Positions 51,892 through 64,000 of a stretch of 64,000 nt of DNA are shown here, in pieces. Source of the DNA: Squalus acanthias (Eukaryota); NCBI GenBank assembly GCA_030390025.1, contig CM059446.1, positions 11,904,001-11,968,000 of the forward strand, in the 5' to 3' direction. Positions within the stretch are counted from its first letter, which is position 1. Every line of letters starts with the position of its first letter. The notes beneath the pieces were generated by a model. The model did no database searches. It was not told the origin of the DNA and saw nothing but the letters and a program-made list of their open reading frames with translations. Made by a program: the position numbers and the translations under genes.

Positions 51892-52852
51892 CATAGAGTC
51901 ATATCGGCACAGAAGGAGGCCATTCGGCCCATCGAGTCCGTGCCGGCTCTCTGTAGAGCAATCCAGTCAGTCCCATTCCCCCCCTCTATCCCCGTAGCTC
52001 TGCAAGTTTATTTCCCTATCCAGTCTCCCCTTGAAAACATTGAGTGCCTCCGCTTCCACCACTTCCGTCGGCAGCGAGTTCCAGGTCCTCACCACTCGCT
52101 GCGTAAAAAAGTTTTTCCTCACATCCCCCCTGTATCTCTTGCCCAAAACCTTAAACCTGTGTCCCCTAGTCCTTGTACCATCAACTAGTGGGAACAGCCT
52201 TTCCCCGTCTAGCCTATCCAAACCCGTCATAATCTTGTACACCTCTATCAAATCACCCCGCAACCTCCTTTGCTCTAATAAAAACAAATCCAGCTTCTCC
52301 AACCTGTCCTTGTAGCTAAGATCCCCCATCCCCGGAACCATTCTGGTAAATCTCCTCTGCACCCTCTCAAGTGCCTTCACATCCTTCCTAAAGTGTGGTG
52401 ACCAGAACTGGTTGCAGTACTCCAGTTGTGGCCTAACCAGCGCTTTATAAAGGTTCAGCATAACTTCTCTACTTTTGTACTCAATACCTCTATTTATGAA
52501 GCCCAAAATCCCATATGCTTTGTTAACCACTCTCTCAATATGTCCTGCCATCTTCAGGGACCTATGCACATTAACTCCCAGGCCCCTCTGTCCCTGCACA
52601 CTCTTTAAAACTGTGCCATTAAGTGTATATTGCCTCTCCCTGTTCCTTCTGCCAAGATGCATCACCTCACACTTCTCTGTATTAAATTCTATCTGCCACT
52701 TGTCTGCCCATTCTGCTAGCCTTTCTGTGTCCTGTTGCAATCGATTGGTATCATCCTCACTGTTTGCCACACCCCCAAGTTTGGTGTCATCGGCAAATTT
52801 AGAAATTCTACTCTGTATTCCAATATCCAGGTCATATCAAAAAAAGCAGTGA
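51892..52852 (-). mobile_element. 5'-truncated CR1 LINE
   Basis: ORF 51967..52770 carries CR1 ORF2 motifs (KCEVMHLG, YKALVRPQLEYC, RRLRGDLIEVYK). KFADDTKLGG lies upstream; 3' UTR present. Confidence 0.95.
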
Positions 52853-53165
52853 ACTTTGAAAGATGTAATTTGAGATGGATAAGAAATATATCACTGCATT
52901 AATAAGTTAACAAAAGAAAAATGGATAACTTGGAATTCCAAAGGGAGCTAATTTACTTTTTAGTTATAAATTGCAGTCACGATCAATAAAACGTCAGGCA
53001 AGGATATATAGCAGAGTTAAACCAGAATGCAGACAATCAAATTAGTTGAATATTCCAGAAAAATGCCGAAATAAATACCCAGCGTAAATTTCAACAGCAC
53101 ATTTGTTTCTATGTAAACCGGTTGGATGAATTAGATTTATTTAATTGCAATGTCCTTGTGTTCAG

Positions 53166-53241
53166 GTCCACGAAGAAGCTGACCAGGCTGCACATCACAT
53201 GTGAAGGGACAATTGAAGACAATGGACATGGCATGCTACAG
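53166..53241 (+). CDS. PARG: PARG internal exon (76 nt, phase 2-0): (R)STKKLTRLHITCEGTIEDNGHGMLQ
   Basis: ttcag acceptor, gtagga donor. Matches human [25 protein letters not shown]; lies inside ORF 53122..53355. Confidence 0.94.
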
Positions 53242-56200
53242 GTAGGAGCAGAACAAATGATTAAAGGAAGCTATGAAAATTGGCTGATTACCAAAACTGC
53301 GTTGATCATTGTCTTTCTTGATCCAACCAATAACAGAGGAATGCTGTACATGTAAAACAAAATATTAAAATAGCATCTACCTTCTGATTGACATTTCAGC
53401 AGTGTTTTAATAAATATAGAGCACTATATTTTAAATACTAGATTGCAATTAGAAGGGTTTTACAGTGCAGTATTCTAGAAAAGATTCATTTTGGGATCAA
53501 TTTTTCCTACATAAAAGTAGTCGCTGTATTTCAAAAGTAAGTTGGTGTTTTGTTGCATTTTGACGTGCTGAGGCACTATAGAAATACAAGTCGTCTTATA
53601 ATTTTACTGGGAAAGCTGGACCCAGCGGTCAGCAAGCGTAGAGTTCACGGTATTTTTCTGCAAGTCTAGAAATTTACTAGTTTTTGCACCATACCAAATC
53701 ACTTACTTCAGCCATTGAGTTGTATCAGCATGTTTCCATGGTATTCCCACAAAGGTGATTGGGTCTACAGCCATGAGAGCAATCAAAACCTATATTTGGG
53801 ATTCCAATCAGCCAGCCTGGGAGTCTTGAATACTTGCAGACTTTAATTTTTTTATTGTGCTGCAATCCTAATTATATTTTTAACTTTCCTAAGCAGCCTA
53901 GTCCATAACAGTAACCTGAGAAATACCCCTCATCAAAACTGATTTCAGCAAGTGGTGGTTAACTCTGTACTTAAACTTGTGCATGCAAGGGACGGATACC
54001 AGGCACCCATAACATCTGGGATAAAACGCTACAGTTAAGTGAAGTATTGGTGAGGCTTTATTCGTATGTTCTGAAGGATTTCTGCATTGATCCAGAATAT
54101 TGAGGTGCAGCTGTGTCAGTTTTTAAGTTCCTGGCATAAACATGCAGCTCTGTCTCAAACATTTAGCAACTCTTGTAGTGCTGCTCCACTAATAATCTTG
54201 TGCGAGTGTCCACCCGCAGTACATTTTGATTGAAGGTATCATGTAGAGGGCAACTGGAATTTGAAATTGCTTGATTCCTGATTGCTAGCTCAGGTTTCCA
54301 AGCTGCTGCTTTATTATATGGCAGCAGATCTTCACACTGAGAGACTGATTTTTAAATTGACACGATAGCCTTTTCCATAGGGCATGCTGATAGATTATTA
54401 GTGCAGCCTGAACGCTGTCCAGTTGCCTGTGGCTTGTGGTCAGTTTATAGGTCTACCAGCAACTGCGATAAGTGTGCTGTTTGTGCTACCCTGCAAAGTT
54501 CACTATCCACTGAGGCAAAACGCAAAGGCTGTTGTCAACACGACACCCTTTTAAAAAGGTGTCAAGCCATTCCACCACCAGGTGGTTGAAATCTCCAGGC
54601 TTAATTTTTTTGGTGGGGGGAGAAGAGAGCTGGAATATAGAAAACAGCTGGTTATGTTGTATCTGATTTTCAGTAAGCAAGGGAGATGAGCCTAATTAGA
54701 TAATGCACAGACACGTAACGCTAGAGAGTTCAACTAAATACAATTATGAGTGAATAGAGGTTGCTTAACCATAAAGCACTACTGGGGGAGAATGTACAAT
54801 CACAGTACACCCTGGGGATTAACTTCCTCTAAAATAAATCAAAATAATTCTCAGTCTAGTAGCCTTTTTGCGACATTAAAAAGGATGAGCTTTTAATAGG
54901 CATTGCCTTAAAAGTCTTAAGGAATTACAATAATGTTTGATTATAATCACAGACTCAACATCCTTGGAAACAGTATTTCAAGAAGCATACAAAATGGTAA
55001 AATAGAAAATAAGCTAACAAGAATAATATTAAAGGTTTTATATAACTCTTTAGCCTGTCTGGTTTAATATAGTGATTAGAGATGGAAAATGAAAAGTGCT
55101 TCTGAAGTTGCCGAGGGACACAGTTAGATTAGCATCTGAATAATGCAATGCCTTTTAAAAGTGCATTCTGCTTGTTGCAAATTGGAATGAATTACAGGTA
55201 CATGAAGATGCTGGTGGTCATTGAGAAAGTCTACTTAAAATCTTGGCCCTGAGGCAGCTTCTATCATTTCTCCACTTCATTTTAACATGCTTGAAGGAGC
55301 TGCAATGGCAGCTGTCATCTGGCAAGTCGGAGACCAGAGCAAAGCTCTGATGGGATCATAGCCTCATCTCAGTTCTCTCCCTTTTTTTCCGTTGAATTTA
55401 CAAAGAGCTTTTAAAGGACTCTGTGGCTTTCAACATGACAGCATCAGAACTGATTTACGGAAGTTCAGATTTAATCTGAAGCTCAGAAGTGTGATTTAGC
55501 CAATTAACCCTTGCAGTCTTAAACTAGAGGCTTTATTGATTTGGTATTAAATATGAGGAGACAGATTTCTTTTTGATATTCTATTTCTTCAGAGTGGTGT
55601 ACTGGCGCTCGAGACAGTAACAGAATGCAGGGTAGCACCTGCAACATGCGTGCGGTCCTTCCTCCCCTGCGCGTTCCCAAGCTCAGTTGTGCACATGGGG
55701 GACAGGCATTTTCACACACAAAACTGCATCAGGATACAAAGCAGATGTGTAATCATGCAGACTTTTAGTGTATTTTTGAGAAATGTTTTCCCCTTCCCTC
55801 CTCCTGAAGGCATTGGTTTTTTGCTGGGGTATATATGCCATGCAGCACTGATTACAGATGGTTTACAAGAATTTGCTTTTAAAATTGTGAATTGGAAAAC
55901 CTGCACCTTACAAAACAATGCTGCAGTTGCATTTGAGTATAATATTAGAAATCTGTGTGGTGACCTTGAAGTGAACAAATCAAACAAGCATCTTTTTACA
56001 GCAACAGGTTAAATTAGTTCTGCTTGTTTTATTGATTCGGTTCAATCTTGTTCTATGTTAAATGCTGTTCACAGAATGTAACTGTACCATAAATAACAAT
56101 GGTTTTCAGTACTCATTCTATCGCTGTTTTGATTAATTATAGTAGCGGTAGATACACTGGTAATTTAATTGAAATCTTGAAACTATTTTACTAGTTTTGA

Positions 56201-57539
56201 AATCTGGCCACAGTGATTGGCTATTTTATGAAGTATTTTACCACTTTCTCATTTCCTGGCTCTGCTGGTAGAATCCCTGGCTGAGTGACCTGTTCCCAAA
56301 TCTCTGCCAGTGCCCCTCTGAAACCTAAAAAGGGTGTGATAGTGGCCCAGGCTGACTCCAAAAAAATATGACCATGTAAGTTGCTGGATTGTCATAAAAA
56401 TCCAACTGTTTTACTGATGCGCTTCAGGGAAGGGAACCTTGACTGTGCCATCCTTTTAAATTGCGTTGAGTACTCCTTTTAATAGGCAAGGTGCAGTAAT
56501 CTGTGTATACTCCTAATTGACATGCTGTGCTATGACTCATTAGGATGTAATTAACCTACCTAATTAGTGTTACAATGTGCATATTTAACTGAAAGATAGG
56601 ATTGTAGCAGTCAAAAAGGAAATATGCTGTGAAATGAAGGTACTGGCCTTACTTACTTGTTCAAAGTAAGTAATGAGGTAAAACCTATTTTTTATTGATT
56701 AGTATAAATATTAATGAAAACTCTAATTAAAGGTCATTTAAATTGTTGGGCAGCTTAGCTTACAGTGCTCAGCTTGTCACATGATATATGTGAATACCTC
56801 CAGCCATTATCGTTTCCTCCATAAATGTGATCTGTTTCTGTATTTTGATTTGAACATATTTTTGTTGTAATATGTATTTTTGCTATGTGCATTCAGGCTA
56901 TGAAAAACAAAATTAATGTAGTTGAACTGTGGACTGGGTGATCTTAATTACTGTGTTGGAAAATGTTTTCAGGATGTAAGTGTGTTGATTAATGATTGCA
57001 CTATTTAACAAAGCAATTAAGAACCCTTATTTGGAAATATTAAGATTTATAGAAATGGCTATTGTTGGGAAAGATTTTTAGTAAATGATTTTAAAGTATC
57101 CATTAGAGTTTACTGCATTACAAGGCAAAGGTGTCCAGTAAACGAGAGATTCAGCATATTAAGGCAAAAAGTAAATTAAGCTAAATTAGCAGTGCTGCAG
57201 AGTATAATTGAAAACTGATTAGCTGTCAGTTCGTGCTGATTTGTGTTTCTTCATGACGATTAGCCAATAACATGATGCTTCGTTACTGTTCACATTTATA
57301 TCTGTTAGTCGTGTCAAGTTTTCCAACTGGACTGTATTTTTCAGCTGGACTCTGCCGTCTGGGTGAGCGGGTAAGCAAAGGCAAGGTGATTCCTTAATTG
57401 AGAGCATTTTCTCCCATTCCGCTTACGAGTGACTTTAGCAAGAGACCAGAGAACAAGGTGCTGGGAAATAATACAAGCGGCAATGACCCTACAAGAGAAG
57501 GTGAAATTAAATATTGAGGCAAGGGAGAATAGTAATATG

Positions 57540-57694
57540 ATAGCAAAATACTGCGGATGCTGGAAATCCGAAATAACAACAGAAAACGCTGGAAGAACTC
57601 AGCAGGCCAGGCAGCATCCGTGGAGAGAGAAACAGAGTTAACGTTTCAGGTCGAAGACCTTTCGTCAGAACTGGAAAAAAGCAAGAAATGAAAT
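57540..57694 (-). mobile_element. Family B Penelope-like mini-element, single arm
   Basis: Reverse-strand homolog of the family B arm plus tail. 14-bp TSD agaatagtaatatg at 57526-57539 and 57695-57708. Confidence 0.8.
57636..57672 (-). ncRNA. Minimal hammerhead ribozyme motif (family B), intact
   Basis: Minus strand reads AGUU-CUGACGA-A-AGGUC-uuc-GACCU-GAAAC-GUU-AACU; only the helix II loop differs from 17500-17536. Confidence 0.72.
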
Positions 57695-58029
57695 AGAATA
57701 GTAATATGTTTGATTAATCAGTTTTGGGAAGATCATCACTTCAAACTTAAAAATAGCAGAGCAATGGCATTCTATTGCCACTCAACATTCCGCTGCTGTC
57801 AGTGCAGTGGTTCCCATCCCTCATGTCCTTGTCCCAGCCCAGATCATGGTCTCACTTTCACAAGTCCATCAGCCAACCACTATCTCACAGAATTAAAAGT
57901 CTTGCGTGTTTTCCTGATGCTTGTGGCACACATCCAGCCGTGGCACACTCTGGGTCGTAGGGAGTGAAAGTTTGCTTACAGGACCGGTCTATGGCACTGC
58001 CATGAGGCAAATATCTGGTGAAGCCCTAA

Positions 58030-58407
<378 letters not shown>

Positions 58408-60537
58408 TGATTTAATTATAATTGAATATAATCAAAGCTGCTCCTGAAAAAAAATTCTACTAAGAATCTAGTTTAGTTTATTGTTTTGAAAGTAAAATGG
58501 TGCACTTTTTAAAGATTCCAGCAAATTTTGGCTGATTTCCGTGCCGAACACATTCTCAAGGACCATTGCACTATACTTAATGAGACAATTCTGAAAATTG
58601 CATTCTCCACAAGCCATTTCTTCACTGCATTGTGATCCTCCTCTTTAATTCTTACATTTCTGCACTATTAAGAATCTTGCTGCATATTTCTATTAGTGGT
58701 TGTTTATGTAATGTATGAGTTTATCTATAAATTGTATGTATTCCGGAAATTTTGTGTTTATAGATTCACATACGTAGTATATGTGACTTTGTTATTTGAT
58801 GTGCACGCGCAATCAAATTTTTAAGTACGTGATAGGCTGCAAACTGACCACCTGCCGACGACGAGAGACTATCTTCCCCCTCTCAACTTTGAGGAGATGT
58901 AAAATAATAGGGAGGAAATGGCTCCACATTACAATACTTCTGTCACAAAGATTTGGGAGTTGTCATAAATTCAGAAGTTTAAAAAAAAATCTCAAATTGA
59001 TCCTGCATTGCCACTGAGAAAATGTCAGCTCTTGAAAATAGTCCCAATTATTTTCACAAGAGCATGAATGCCAGGTTAGGCTGGCATACCTGAGTGTGTG
59101 TGTGTGTGTCTTCTCGAATATTAGAGCAGGTTCTTTGAAAAGCAAGAAATATTTTTGTACATTGGTTGGTCTCTTTCTCCCCCCCCCCCCCCCCCCAGGC
59201 CACCTCCCACTCTTTTATCTGTGTAAACAGGTAATGAGTAGATTCTTGTGAATAAATTACGACAACACCAACTCGTCCATCGCTGACAAGATAGATACCT
59301 GAAGCTCGTTTATTATGAGTTATTCCCTGGAGGCTTTTAAACTGGCTGGCTGTTACTTTCACTGTTGAGTGAATCACTGTATGTGAGGAAGGTAAACGTG
59401 TGCTACAATCAGTCTCCATTAAGTGACTTTTTTTTCCTCTCCAAGCTTGTTTTCCTCCAGCTTCTAGCAATCAGCTGTATCCTGCTGATTAGAGTACTTG
59501 ATTCAGTACTTAGTCTGTTTAATTCAAACTTGCTTCCAATTAGTCGTTGAATTCTGATAGAAACTGAACAGGGTGATAAAAGTCAGGACGGTACCTGTTG
59601 TGTGTGTAAAATGATGCAATACAATAAATAGAACACTGTCAATACCAACAAAAGCAGACTTTTATATAAAAAATTACTGCTTGCCAATTTGAAGGTTTGA
59701 TCAATGATGAATAAAAGCAGTGCATTACCAACAATTAGTAATAGATCAGTGAGTTAATAATTTGCTGACTTATTTTATACCTGTAATTTTTTGTGTGTGG
59801 CCTCAGAGAGATTATGCAGTGCACCCATTGCGGATTGAAGCAAATACATGCTATGATTTTATCAAACAATTTAAAGGAGAAGAATTCTCCAAGGATAAGT
59901 ACAGTGAGTGGCCAATACTTAAGGGCAAGGGATCCCTTGTAACATGTCTGCTGCTTGAGATGGTTGTCACTTATGCTGCGTATTATCTTTTTCAAAAACT
60001 AGATTTCCACAGTCTTTGCAAAGGTATTGGCTGCACTGGCGGATAAGACTGCAGTCAGTCAGTTTGCACAGAGACCAGTGATATGTTGTAAAGCACACTG
60101 TGAAGTATCCCCTTGCCCTGCATCGTCCCAGTGTGTCTCCAGCATTCATTGCTAATGAAATTAGATCAATGTCGGGCTCTACAACAGAGCTTTGGAAATG
60201 TTTTTTTTAAGTATACATTATTTTAAATACTAACTATACAGCAGTGATCTTGGGGTAAGCTCCCATTCCCGGCACAGACCGCCTCCTGTGCAGTAAATTT
60301 CTATGATTCTAAATATTTTTACGTTGCTTTAAATAAGCAATTAATAGGGCAAAACTTCTAAATTGATACAAACAAAATATTCTGAAGGAATTAAAGCATT
60401 GTTAATTCTTTAACACATTTAGATGAATAAAAATCAGGTCTCAAGAAAATACAGCTAATTTGATGAGAATGCTTTGTGAGTACAATATTTCAGTGAGTGA
60501 ATTAAAATCTACTAAAAATAGTTTTGCAAATTCTAAC

Positions 60538-60740
60538 GCAGCTGAGAAGAGAAAAGGCAGCTTAACATTTCAGGTGAAGACTCCTCATCAGAACATGGAT
60601 TTGAATTCTGACAAAGGGTCTGCACCCCAAACATACGCTAACTAATATTTATCTCTCTAGAGATGCCGAAAGGCCTGCGATGTAGGCCCTTCATTTCTGC
60701 TTTTAATTCAAATTTACAGCTTTGGCAGTTCTTACTTTTT
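60538..60740. mobile_element. Old, degenerate family B-like inverted element
   Basis: ttaacatttcaggtgaagactcctcatcagaa (minus-strand CUGAUGA...GAAA) faces ttctgacaaagggtctgcaccccaaacat, followed by a decayed tail. Confidence 0.5.
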
Positions 60741-61999
60741 ATCTCTGGTATTTTGAAAGAATGGTGATTTCCAACTAGTGGGTAAAATGGATCTCCACAG
60801 TAAAAGGTCTCCTGAGTCTCGGAGTCAAGACCACGTGTAGTCTTCAGGTGAGGACAGAGGCCGAGGATAATTGGACCAGGGAAAGCTGATGTCATTTATT
60901 CCCCATTTTAAAGTCCTACATTCTGTCTCTCTTATCATATATTTCCTTTATAAAGTCCTGTGTCCGTACTTAGAATGGAAACTACCTATGTAAACTTGTC
61001 ATGCTGTAATTACCCCCCCCCCCCCCCGACCAGTGGTGATGCTACAGCACATCCACTGCGGGGAGTTTAATTATAGTGTGACAAGTTACCTAGGCAGTTT
61101 CCTTTATGAATATGAAGATATGTATAAAATAAACAGGCAAGCCAGACGTGCAAATGTCACTTTCTATTGCTTGTTTTGAAGCTGGAGTTGTGGTTTGATG
61201 GTTCTTATAGTGCTATTGTACAAAATACTGTAAAATCCTAATTACTGTGTGGATGAAGATTTCAAAGATTCCAACAGATATCTTGCAGCCTGTTCTTGTT
61301 GTTAAATTAAAATGCTGCAAAAAACTTGTTTAATTTCCACAAAAGTATACAATAGACTTATCTCTTTCCCTGATGTATGACAGCAATAATTGCCTGTGGG
61401 AGGCAATATTTCTGATTTGTGGCACTAATTGGTTCGCTAATTTAAAATGATAGGATTTTGAGATATGCTGGAGTTATGCCCACTATGCTCTGATTTGGAC
61501 TATGCTGCAATGGGTTGGTGTTAAGCAGAGGCCAGATACCTTCCTGCAGGGAAGAAGAGGAAAATCAGATGCTCAGTCATCGAGTAATGTATTCACACAA
61601 CGTAGTGGCTGGCTGAAGAATATGTTGTCTTGGCTGCAGATGGCATAGTGAGACTACAGGAAAGGAAAACAGAGAAGCAAATAAAATAAATGACTTCCAC
61701 AAGCTAAACTGAAACTGGTGTTCTCCTGTTACCATATTTTCTTTCTCTCCTTAGAAGCTAACTAAAGGAAGAAATGTACTCCCTCCCCCGACTCTTTCCG
61801 AAACAATCTGTGGTTGAAGGGACCCCATATAGAGCCCAAAGGACAGACTCAAGTGAATTAATTTATGTTTGTTGAAAGGTGCCGAGCCCTTAGTTTTGTT
61901 AATCAAAACTATCAAATTATGTGGGGATTGTTGGTTTGCAGTGCACCCCACCATAGGTCTGTTCCCTGGTCTCAAATAGGAAACGTCAAAGATGAGAAA

Positions 62000-62385
62000 A
62001 AGACCACTTGGCCAACCATATTTCCAGTATTCCAGCTCTCTCAATATAGCATCAAACTGCATTTTGAATGACTCTAATGTTTTTGTCTCTACTGCCCTGT
62101 CTGGCAGATTATTCCAAATATATTTCACTCTTTGAATAAGGAAGTTCTACCTACTTTAAATTTACTTTTCACTAATTTAAATTTATGCTTCTAGTCCTAC
62201 TTTTCTGACTTGCTTTAAAGTACTATTCTGGGTTTACCTTATTTATACCATTTAGTATTTTATATACCTTAAGTACAATCCCCTCCCCTTAACCACCTTT
62301 CTAAACTGTGGAGCCTGCGCTCGTCAAATCTTTTCTTTATAGCTCATCAGCTTTACACTTGGCATCATTTTGTTGCTCTCCTTCA
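62000..62385 (-). mobile_element. Degenerate CR1 3' fragment
   Basis: Minus ORF 61751..62128 begins KYIWNNLPDRAVETKTLESFKMQFD, a variant of CR1 WNSLP..VVEA...FK. Confidence 0.7.
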
Positions 62386-62429
62386 GTAGATGTATATGCT
62401 TTTGGTTCTGCGGCAGCCGGAGGCATAAT

Positions 62430-63240
62430 CAAAGAAAAACAGACACCAAGACAAAGAAGCAGATGTTAGCAGGGGTGACAGCTTGGTCAAAGAACTGCAT
62501 TTTAAGGAAAGCCTTAAAGGAGAAGAGGTAGAGGGCTTTAATGAGGGAATTCCAGGTCATGGGGCTTAAAAAGCTGAAGGCGAAGCTGTCAATGGTGGGG
62601 TAAAGGGAATGCACAAGAAGCCAGAGTCAGTGGAACAGACAGCTCGGTTGGGTTGCAGAGATAGAGAAGGACAAGGCAATGAAGCGATTTAAACACAAGG
62701 ATGAGAATTTTAAATTTGAAGCATTTGGGCACCAGAAGCCAATGTAGCTCAGCAAGGACAGCGGTGATAGATAAGCAGGACTTGGTGTGGGGTCGGATAC
62801 AAGCAGCAGAGTTGTAGATCAGCTGAAATTTGCAGAGGGTAGAGAATGACAAGCTGGCCAGAAGGGCATTGGAATAGTCGAGTTTAGAGATGATAGGCAT
62901 GTATCAGTGTTTCAGCGACAGATGGGCCAAGGTAGGGATGGAGACGTGCGATGTTACAGAGGTGGAAGTAGGCAGTGCCTGTGTTGGAGTGTATAGGGGG
63001 TCGGAAGCTCAGTTTGGGGTTAAATAGAATGGAGAGGTTGCAAAAAGCCTGGTTCAGCCTGAGGCAGTGGCCAAGGACGGAGATGGAATCAGTGGCAAGG
63101 GTTTCAAGCAGGAGCCAAAGACGACAGCTTCAATCTTCCCAATGTTTAACTGAAGGCAATTGCAGCTCATCCAAGATTGGATATCAATAATGGAGGGGTT
63201 GAGAGAGATGATGGCGAGGTAGAGCATGTTTGTGGGGCAG
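62430..63240 (-). mobile_element. Degenerate L2-type LINE RT and 3' region
   Basis: DIQSWMSCNCLQLNIGKIEAVVFG; ISKLDYSNALLASL...LAELHWLLV..FKILILVFKSLH; WNSL. Confidence 0.85.
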
Positions 63241-64000
63241 CATGTAAATGAGGAAGAGGAGATGCAATTGAAACATTTTATTTGAGGTGGCAAAACTCTG
63301 GCAGATACTACATTTTGCTTCGAGCGGTACTGATCGGTCACTTTACAACAAAATCCATTTAGTTTTGTTCTAACAGAGTAAATGCCATCCAGTTTAAAAA
63401 AAACTAAACATGTAATACCTAAATTTTAAATTGTAATTCTTGCTGTCTTGTTGTAATGTGACTCCACTCCACCACATAGTCATTTATTGCAATGCAAAAT
63501 ACTCTTTTTTTGATTACCTGGTTGAAAATAAAATTGAGTTATATAGCCATCAGCAGTCTTAATAATTGTTGGGAGAAGAAAAATGTTATTAGAAACATAG
63601 TAGAAGCTGTTATTTCTTGCTGGATTTAGGAGAGGGGTTAATGTTAGCTTATATTAAATGCACTTTTCTTAATGCATCAGTCCTTTGTGCACCTTTTAAA
63701 CTCCATGTAGTGTTGTAAAACAATTTCCATATCCACCAAAGGTAAATTATTATGAACCATGGGTAATTGAGGTGGGATCTATGTTCCATTGAGAATTTAT
63801 CTTGCTCCCTGTGACATCCCATCAGCGTACATGGACGGCATCAACATCACGTACATCACAGATTGAAAATTCTGTTTCAGCTAAATCAACCATTTTTAGT
63901 TCAGGAAGTATTTTTTTCAAGTAAATTTTGATACCCAACTAATATTTGAAGTTTGCGATTTTGTACATGTAGGGTTCTGTTGTTCTACCCCAGGCAACAT

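Noticed and set aside
59762-60046. ORF containing DKYSEW, resembling the next PARG exon (TEQYSEYTGY)
   Set aside because: Similarity is limited to YSE and the remainder does not follow PARG; the next exon probably lies beyond the window.

Overview
AT-rich, intron-dominated vertebrate genomic DNA. The repeat content (CR1 and L2 LINEs, Deu-domain SINEs, GC-arm/AT-core MITEs) looks cartilaginous-fish-like; this is an inference. The only host gene I can support is PARG (poly(ADP-ribose) glycohydrolase) on the + strand. Six internal exons with canonical AG/GT ends and matching phases splice into one open frame ending in the catalytic GGG-x7-QEE motif; the start and end of the gene lie outside the window. 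The longer ORFs in the track are LINE reverse-transcriptase remnants or GC-rich MITE sequence. The most interesting structure is two families of tiny (150-450 bp) non-coding Penelope-like retroelement derivatives with 12-15 bp target-site duplications. Several carry minimal hammerhead-ribozyme folds (CUGACGA...GAAA, loopless palindromic helix III), some as long inverted repeats, and two such folds lie on the PARG sense strand. Also present: four TIR elements with probable 3-bp TSDs, an 8x50-bp minisatellite, a fold-back hairpin at a truncated CR1 end, and two diverged copies of an unclassified ~0.7-1.1 kb repeat.
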